DNA from: Prasinococcaceae sp. CCMP 1430
Lineage: Eukaryota > Plantae > Prasinodermophyta
Length of the DNA: 60,820 nucleotides
Direction of reading: 5' to 3'
NCBI GenBank assembly: GCA_013416795.1
Contig: RQSC01000026.1
Span: forward strand, 601,607-662,426
Shown here: in pieces, positions 54,593 to 60,820 of the stretch
Layout of the letters: each line of letters starts with the position of its first letter
Numbering within the stretch: position 1 is the first letter of the stretch
Position numbers and translations under genes: made by a program
Notes under the pieces: generated by a model
What the model was told of the DNA's origin: nothing
The model's input: only the letters and a program-made list of their open reading frames with translations
The model's database searches: none

Positions 54593-56465
54593 CGCGCTCG
54601 GCATGTCGGCCGCCACCGCCGGCGCCGCGCGCGCCGACGACGCGCCCAACGTGGCGTCGTCGCGCATGTCGTACAGCCGCTTCCTCGAGTACCTCGACAT
54701 GGGGCGCGTGAAGAAGGTCGACCTGTACGAGAACGGCACCATCGCCATCGTGGAGTGCGTGTCGCCCGAGCTCGGCAACCGCGTGCAGCGCGTGCGCGTG
54801 CAGCTCCCCGGCACGTCGCCCGAGCTCCTCTCCAAGTTCCGCGCGCAGAAGGTGGACTTCGCCGCGCACAACCAGAGCGAGGACTCGAGCGCCGTGCTGC
54901 TCAACGTGCTGGGCAACCTGGCGTTCCCGCTGCTGCTGGTGGGCGGCCTCTTCCTGCTCTCGCGCCGCTCGCAGGGCGGCATGGGCGGCCCCGGCGGCCC
55001 GGGCAACCCCATGGGCTTCGCCAAGTCCAAGGCCAAGTTCCAGATGGAGCCCAACACCGGCGTGACCTTCGACGACGTCGCGGGCGTTGACGAGGCCAAG
55101 CAGGACTTCCAGGAGGTGGTCGAGTTCCTCAAGCGCCCCGAGCGCTTCACCGCCGTGGGCGCGCGCATCCCCAAGGGCGTGCTGCTCGTCGGCCCGCCGG
55201 GCACCGGCAAGACGCTCCTCGCCAAGGCCATCGCCGGCGAGGCCGGCGTGCCGTTCTTCTCGATCTCGGGCTCCGAGTTCGTGGAGATGTTCGTGGGCGT
55301 GGGCGCGTCCCGCGTGCGCGACCTGTTCAAGAAGGCCAAGGAGAACGCGCCGTGCATCATCTTCGTCGACGAGATCGACGCCGTGGGCCGCCAGCGCGGC
55401 ACGGGCATCGGCGGCGGCAACGACGAGCGCGAGCAGACGCTCAACCAGCTGCTGACCGAGATGGACGGCTTCGAGGGCAACACCGGCATCATCGTGGTGG
55501 CGGCCACCAACCGCGTGGACATCCTCGACGCCGCGCTGCTGCGCCCTGGCCGCTTCGACCGCCGCGTGACGGTTGACAACCCCGACATCGGCGGCCGCCG
55601 CTCGATCCTCAACGTGCACGTCAAGAACAAGAAGCTCGACGACGAGGTCAACCTCGACGTGATCGCGGCGCGCACGCCGGGCTTCTCGGGCGCGGACCTC
55701 GCCAACCTCATGAACGAGGCGGCCATCCTGACCGGCCGCCGCGGCAAGACGGCCATCACCAACACCGAGATCGACGACTCGGTCGACCGCATCGTCGCCG
55801 GCATGGAGGGCACGCGCATGGTGGACTCCAAGTCCAAGACGCTGGTGGCGTACCACGAGGTGGGCCACGCCATCTGCGGCACGCTCACGCCCGGCCACGA
55901 CGCCGTCCAGAAGGTGACGCTCGTGCCGCGCGGTCAGGCGAAGGGCCTCACCTGGTTCATCCCGGGCGAGGACCCCTCCCTCGTTTCCCAGCAGCAGATC
56001 CGCGCGCGCATCGTGGGTGCCCTCGGCGGGCGGGCCGCCGAGGAGGTCATCTTCGGCAAGGACGAGGTGACCACGGGCGCGTCGTCCGACCTGCAGCAGG
56101 TGGCGAACATGGCGAAGCAGATGGTGGAGAGCTTCGGCATGTCCGACCTCGGGCCGTGGGCGCTGCAGGACCCGAACGCGGGCGGCGGCGACATGGTGAT
56201 GAGGATGATGGCCAAGAACTCGATGTCGGAGGACCTTGCGAAGGGCATCGACTTGGAGGTCAAGAAGATCGCGGACGAGTGCTACGAGATCGCGCTCGGG
56301 CAGATGCGCGACAACCGCGAGGCGATCGACGCGATCGTCGAGGAGCTGATCGAGGTGGAGACGATGAGCGGCGAGCGCTTCCGCGAGATCCTCTCGCAGT
56401 ACACCGAGGTTCCCGAGCAGAACATGCCCAAGTCGATGGATGAGCTCACCGCCGCGCTCAATTAA
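54593..56465 (+). CDS. FTSH2: Chloroplast ATP-dependent zinc metalloprotease FtsH, type B (FtsH2/VAR2-like); 5' end in gap
   Basis: [76 protein letters not shown]. Confidence 0.96.
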
Positions 56466-56675
56466 ATTAGACGGCAGCTTTCCGGGGGCGGGGATCGTCT
56501 TGTAAAAAGAGTTCTAGTGTACACATCGCGTGCTGCCAGCGCCGCAAGCCGCGCCTGCGCGGGGCCTCGCGACGCGCGCGCGCAGGGACGCGCCGCGGCC
56601 CCCTTCGCGCACCTCCCCGCACGATGCAGGGATGCCCGGTTTCATATGGTGCGCACTCGTCGCGTGTACCACACG

Positions 56676-57770
56676 TCAAAAGATGTGGTAATCTTCGTCG
56701 TACGCCATGTACTCGTCCTCACAGCACACCCTGCACAGCACGTCTCCGTCCATATCATACGTGCAGTCCGGGCACAACTTCACGCCGCAGTCCACGCACC
56801 GGACGTCCGGGCCGTCGACGACGCACCCGCAGCATTGCTCCATGGGCATGTCGCGCCCCATCACGACCGAGAGAGGGGACAGATCCTCGAACGTGGCCTT
56901 GTAGCCGCAGCGTTGATTTTTGTTCCGGCAATTCTTGCCGTGGTGCTCCTTGAGATGCCGCACGCACGCGGCCTTTCCGCACCATGCGCAGAAGCCGAGC
57001 CGACAACCGCACTCGTATTTCGTCACGGCGCAGCCGCGCGAGGTGCACATCAACCTCTCTGGGTCGGCCGAGTCGAAGATATTGCACCCGCACGTTGGGG
57101 CGGAGCAGATGCGCGCGGTGGCTGGGTCCATGCTCGAAGGCGCCACAAATGGCATCGTCTTCAGCTTGTCCGCCGCCGAGACGGTCTTCCTCGCAGCGCT
57201 CGTCCGCTGGCGCTCGATCTTGTGTTTCTCAATGTCGTAGCCGCGGCGGAGGGCTGCTCTCCGCGATTTGAAGCGGGCACGCACGGCGTCTTTCTCCCTG
57301 CACAATTCGACACATTCCCGGTCGAGCGCGTCCATCTTGCGCTTGCGCTTGCGCTTGGCGGCCTTCCACAACGCGTTCACCTCCTTGGTGGCCTTGTTGG
57401 CTCTCTCCTCGTGCTCTTTGAGCATCTGCTTCCGCGTGCTCTTGTTGCCCGCGCCCAGTACGTCGAACGTCTTGTCGAGCTGCCTGAGAAGATCGCGTTG
57501 CCTCCTTACCAGGGACTCAAGCTCGCGCACCTCCGCGTCTGAGCTCAGGGAGCGACGCTGTGTGTGGAGAGTGTACTCCTTGTCTCCGATGACGCCGGCC
57601 GCGTCGTCCTCCTCGCCCATCAGATGCCTCAGCTCGGCATTCAATTCCTCCTCCAGCATCTCCTCGCGGGCCACGAAAGGCTCACAAGCGTCGACCAGCT
57701 CTTGCGACCACTTCTCTCGCAATGCCTGACCACAGATGGTGCGTAGCGATGGCACGCGTGGCGTGGCCAT
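56676..57770 (-). CDS. Hypothetical protein: BC-box-like N-terminus, coiled coil, Cys-rich C-terminus
   Basis: MATPRVPSLRTICGQAL; long K/E/R-rich helix; multiple CxxC pairs (CAWC..CVRH, CVDC..CPDC, CRVCC). Confidence 0.7.
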   Translation of the reverse strand: MATPRVPSLRTICGQALREKWSQELVDACEPFVAREEMLEEELNAELRHLMGEEDDAAGVIGDKEYTLHTQRRSLSSDAEVRELESLVRRQRDLLRQLDKTFDVLGAGNKSTRKQMLKEHEERANKATKEVNALWKAAKRKRKRKMDALDRECVELCREKDAVRARFKSRRAALRRGYDIEKHKIERQRTSAARKTVSAADKLKTMPFVAPSSMDPATARICSAPTCGCNIFDSADPERLMCTSRGCAVTKYECGCRLGFCAWCGKAACVRHLKEHHGKNCRNKNQRCGYKATFEDLSPLSVVMGRDMPMEQCCGCVVDGPDVRCVDCGVKLCPDCTYDMDGDVLCRVCCEDEYMAYDEDYHIF

Positions 57771-58173
57771 GCCCCTCCCCAGCCCGCTGCACCCGCGCGC
57801 GCCTCGCGGCGCGCTCAAGCACAACGAATCCCAATCGCACGCGGGCGATGCCGACCGACGAACGACAAAGAACACACAAATTAAACGGAAAAGGATCCGT
57901 CCCAGCTCCCATCAAGCCCTCGGTCGGCCGGTCGCAGCGGCAGGGGCGAAGTGGGGTCCGCGGGTCCATCAAATCCAATCTTCGCCCGGGATTCGGTGGG
58001 GCGCACTGAGTGCGCGGGTGGCAACGCCACGCCGCCGCGGCGCGCGCGCTGCCCCCGGCGCCGCCGCACGTGAGACACGTGAGCCGGGCGATGATGGCGA
58101 GGCTCGGCGTTGCTGGACGGGTCGGGCGGATGGCTGGCTCCCTGCCTGTGTGTGGGTGAGCTGCTCTCCGCAG

Positions 58174-60820
58174 TCATCGCCGCTCGCAAGCGCGCGCGCC
58201 GTGGGTGGGTCCGGAGCGGGGGCTCGGTCCCACTGGCTGCGGGATGGGCGGGACCACCGGCTGCGGCGCGGGCGGGGCCACCGGCTGCGGGATGGGCGGG
58301 ACCACCGGCTGCGGGGCGGCCGGGGCCACCGGCTGTGGGATAGTCGGGACCACCTGCGGGGACGCCACCTCAGGCTGCTGGCTCGAGATCGGCAGGTTGA
58401 CAGCCGCAGCAGGCTGCGGCGTCAGCGGTGCCGCCGCGGCCGTCTGCGGCGGCGGCGCCGCGGCCGTCGTCTGGGCCGGTGCGGGCGGCTCGGGCTTCTT
58501 GATGCTCTCCGAGTCGATGAGCACGCGCACGGAGAGCGCCGGCACGTTGATCGTCAGGACGCCCCCTCCACACGCCTTCACATTGTAGGCATCGGTGTCG
58601 ACGCCCTTGCGCGCATTCGTGGCCCTCTTCGCGGCGGCGGCCATCCTCTCAGCAGCGCTCATCCCCGCCGCCCCGCCTCCGGGCGTCGTGGGCTCAGCGC
58701 TGCCGGAGTAATAGGCCGGCACGGTCAGGCACTCCACAAAGGTCGTGTCAGGCCTGAGCAGCTCCTTCACACCCTCGAGTCGCCACTCGTGCTCGGCCTC
58801 GTGCCCCGAGTTGAAAGCGATCACTACGCGCGCGTTGCCGTTGGACCGCACCAGCGCCATCCGCGTGCCGGTGTGGTCGATCACGTTCGAGTCGAGCTCG
58901 CCGTGCACGAAGAGCTCCGGGTAGGTCTCGCGCAGCTTGATGAGCTCCTTGGTCACGCGCACCGACCACGGCAGCTGGCGCGCGAGCAAGCCGGCGCTGG
59001 CGGCCCCATCAGTTCGGGAGAGAGCCTGCAGCGGCGGCACCAGGTGCGACACGTCCGGCATCGGCCTCCGCATGGCATCGTCTCCGCCGCAGAACTCGCA
59101 CGAGCCCTCGCCCGGGCGGCCCTCCATGCCCAGCTCGTCGCCGTAGTAGATGCTAGGCACGCCCCGCGCGAGCAGCAGGAACGCCGTCGCGTGCAGGTAG
59201 TGCTGCGGCTGGTGGAGCTGCGACGCGATGCGCGCCACGTCGTGGTTGCCCACGAAGTTGAGGAGCGGCAGGTGCGAGTAGAGCGCCTGCTCGCGCTGCA
59301 TGCTCCACGTGAGCTCGCCGTAGTTCAGGTCGTTGAGCGAGCTCCACATGGCCTTGGAGAGCTGGTAGTTCGTGGCCGACCCCAGCATGCCGTCCCCGAC
59401 GATGGTGTTGTAATTCTCGTGGATGATCTCCCCGACGAGCCAGCAGTCGTGCTTGGCCTCCTTGCACACGTTGCGGAACTCGGACCAGAACTCGGCGCTC
59501 ACCTCGTAGGCCACGTCCAGCCGCCAGCCCGCCACGCCCACCTCGCACAGCCAGAAGCGCGCCACGTCGAAGATGTGCTGCTTCACGTCGTGGTTGGTCA
59601 CGTCGAGCTCGGGCAGCATCGCGTGGCCCTCCCAGCAGTCGTACGCGAAGCAGCCCTCCGCGGACTCGCACCACCCGGGGAGCTCGTTCCTGCGCGCGGC
59701 GAGCCTGTACCAGCCCGCGTACTCCGAATGCACGCCGTTCCTCTGCAGGCCCAGGAAGGCCTTGTGCGACGGGCCCGTGTGGTTGAAGACGCCGTCGAGC
59801 ACCACGCGGATGCCGCGCTCCTTGAGCTCGGCCACGATCTCCTTCATGAGCGCGACGTCGCCCAGCCGGCGGTCGATCTGGAAGTAGTCCGCCGTGTCGT
59901 AGCCGTGGGTGTCGCTCTCGAACAGCGGCGAGAACTGAAGGATGGTCACGCCGAGCGCCTCGAAGTAGTCGTAGTACTCGCGAATCTTCGCGAGGCGAGG
60001 CTGGACCGGGCCGGTGTGGTCGTTGGTCGGCTCCGCGTCGAAGAAGCCGAGCGGGTAGATCTGGTATATCGTGCCCTCGAGCGCCCACTCGGGCACCTCC
60101 GCGCTCTCGCGCTTGGTGAGGGGCGGAGGAGGGGGCACCTTGGGCTCCTCGACGACCGCGACGGCGGGCTTCTTCTTCGCGGGCTTCTTCTTCTTCTTCT
60201 TCGCGGGCTCGTCCGCCGCGTCACCCTCGGCCGTCGCGAGCGCCGCGTCGGCGTCCGACCCGGAGAGCTCCTCCTCCGACTCGCTCTCCGACTCGGACAC
60301 CGGCTCCGGCGGGGGCGGCGGGGGCGGCGGGGGCTCCCAGGTCACGAAGGCCTCCACGGCCGCGCCGCTCGCCTCCACGTACACATCCTTGACCATGTTC
60401 TCCTCATGGCTGCGCCCCCACTGGTGCCGCTCCCAGTGGTCCACCACGGCGATCTCCTGGGACGCGTTCGTCGCCAGCACGTTGTTGGGGCCGTCCTGCC
60501 ACCAGCACTCCGCGCTGGGCGCCCAGCCCGACCGAATGACGTACTTGTACTCGGCGAGCTCGTACGAGGGGAACACGGCGCTGCCCTTCCACAGGTTGCC
60601 CTCGCCCTCGACGTAGTCGAGCGGCACGCCCTTGTGCGGCTGCCAGTCGCCCAGCGTCTCGCCGCTGCCGACGACGCACACGAACTGGCCGAAGGTGAGG
60701 CCCTCCACGCGCACCTCGAAGTTCACGGTCGTGGGCACCGACGCCTTGTGCGCGGCGACCGCCGCGACCCCGTGCGGCGCGCGGCAGCTCGCGACCAGCC
60801 GGCCCTGCGCGCCGCCGCGG
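58174..60820 (-). CDS. CBM20 + GH13 alpha-amylase family enzyme (cyclomaltodextrinase/neopullulanase-like); 5' end runs off the window
   Basis: CBM20 (FGQFVCVVGS..LGDW..EYKYVI..WQDGPN); IYQIYPLGF, HGYDT.DY, DGVFNH, GWRLDVA (Asp), VGEI (Glu), NHD (Asp), IYYGDE. The frame stays open to the window edge and is transit-peptide-like there. Confidence 0.93.
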   Translation of the reverse strand, partial: RGGAQGRLVASCRAPHGVAAVAAHKASVPTTVNFEVRVEGLTFGQFVCVVGSGETLGDWQPHKGVPLDYVEGEGNLWKGSAVFPSYELAEYKYVIRSGWAPSAECWWQDGPNNVLATNASQEIAVVDHWERHQWGRSHEENMVKDVYVEASGAAVEAFVTWEPPPPPPPPPEPVSESESESEEELSGSDADAALATAEGDAADEPAKKKKKKPAKKKPAVAVVEEPKVPPPPPLTKRESAEVPEWALEGTIYQIYPLGFFDAEPTNDHTGPVQPRLAKIREYYDYFEALGVTILQFSPLFESDTHGYDTADYFQIDRRLGDVALMKEIVAELKERGIRVVLDGVFNHTGPSHKAFLGLQRNGVHSEYAGWYRLAARRNELPGWCESAEGCFAYDCWEGHAMLPELDVTNHDVKQHIFDVARFWLCEVGVAGWRLDVAYEVSAEFWSEFRNVCKEAKHDCWLVGEIIHENYNTIVGDGMLGSATNYQLSKAMWSSLNDLNYGELTWSMQREQALYSHLPLLNFVGNHDVARIASQLHQPQHYLHATAFLLLARGVPSIYYGDELGMEGRPGEGSCEFCGGDDAMRRPMPDVSHLVPPLQALSRTDGAASAGLLARQLPWSVRVTKELIKLRETYPELFVHGELDSNVIDHTGTRMALVRSNGNARVVIAFNSGHEAEHEWRLEGVKELLRPDTTFVECLTVPAYYSGSAEPTTPGGGAAGMSAAERMAAAAKRATNARKGVDTDAYNVKACGGGVLTINVPALSVRVLIDSESIKKPEPPAPAQTTAAAPPPQTAAAAPLTPQPAAAVNLPISSQQPEVASPQVVPTIPQPVAPAAPQPVVPPIPQPVAPPAPQPVVPPIPQPVGPSPRSGPTHGARACERR
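58231..58370 (-). repeat. Coding minisatellite encoding PQPV(A/V)Pxx repeats at the GH13 C-terminus
   Basis: About 24-nt units, CCGCAGCCGGTGG(C/T)CCCG..., repeated roughly 5-6 times. Confidence 0.85.

Noticed and set aside
53594-55898. Long antisense ORFs over FtsH2 (also over starch synthase, XPD and GH13)
   Set aside because: These are shadow ORFs expected from extreme GC3 bias; they have no motifs, and some read through N-gaps.
52754-58233. The FtsH2-containing block as a transposon
   Set aside because: No terminal inverted repeats, transposase or reverse transcriptase were seen; kept only as the nested-gene or rearrangement hypothesis.
26790-60820. Starch-metabolism gene cluster (starch synthase + GH13)
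   Set aside because: The two genes are about 30 kb apart with many unrelated genes between them.

Overview
This is gene-dense, very GC-rich (roughly 70% by eye) eukaryotic nuclear DNA with five N-gaps. It is most consistent with a prasinophyte-grade green alga: plastid-targeted FtsH2, starch synthase, a Rubisco-LSMT-like SET protein and a rhodanese; short GT-AG introns with mostly GTRCG donors; and TGTAA motifs in 3' regions. About 30 protein-coding genes can be supported, many only after manual splicing. They include XPD, an SMP/TEX2-like protein, TVP38, a G-patch protein, MBOAT/LPCAT, a dynein light chain, a two-CNBD protein, a UBE2Q-like E2, P4H, a La protein, an amino-acid transporter, a class II formin, an FAD monooxygenase, an NTF2-like protein, a 2OG-Fe(II) oxygenase, an alpha/beta hydrolase, PP6, MCM10, two tandem Pmp-like beta-helix genes, a class-3 lipase, a BC-box/Cys-rich orphan and a CBM20-GH13 enzyme. 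I found no RNA genes, CRISPR arrays or transposases. The best leads are: (1) an E2 enzyme with a cluster of SUMO-interacting-like motifs; (2) two genes not visible as single ORFs in the track, a BTB gene that overlaps both neighbours and a small membrane protein; (3) an orphan PQPV-rich exon that looks like the displaced tail of the GH13 gene, 5.5 kb away across FtsH2; (4) tandem Pmp-like genes with conserved ends, divergent middles and out-of-frame signal peptides; (5) a PP6 ending in YFQ instead of YFL. All family calls come from motif recognition by eye, not from database searches, and several anomalies could be assembly artefacts.
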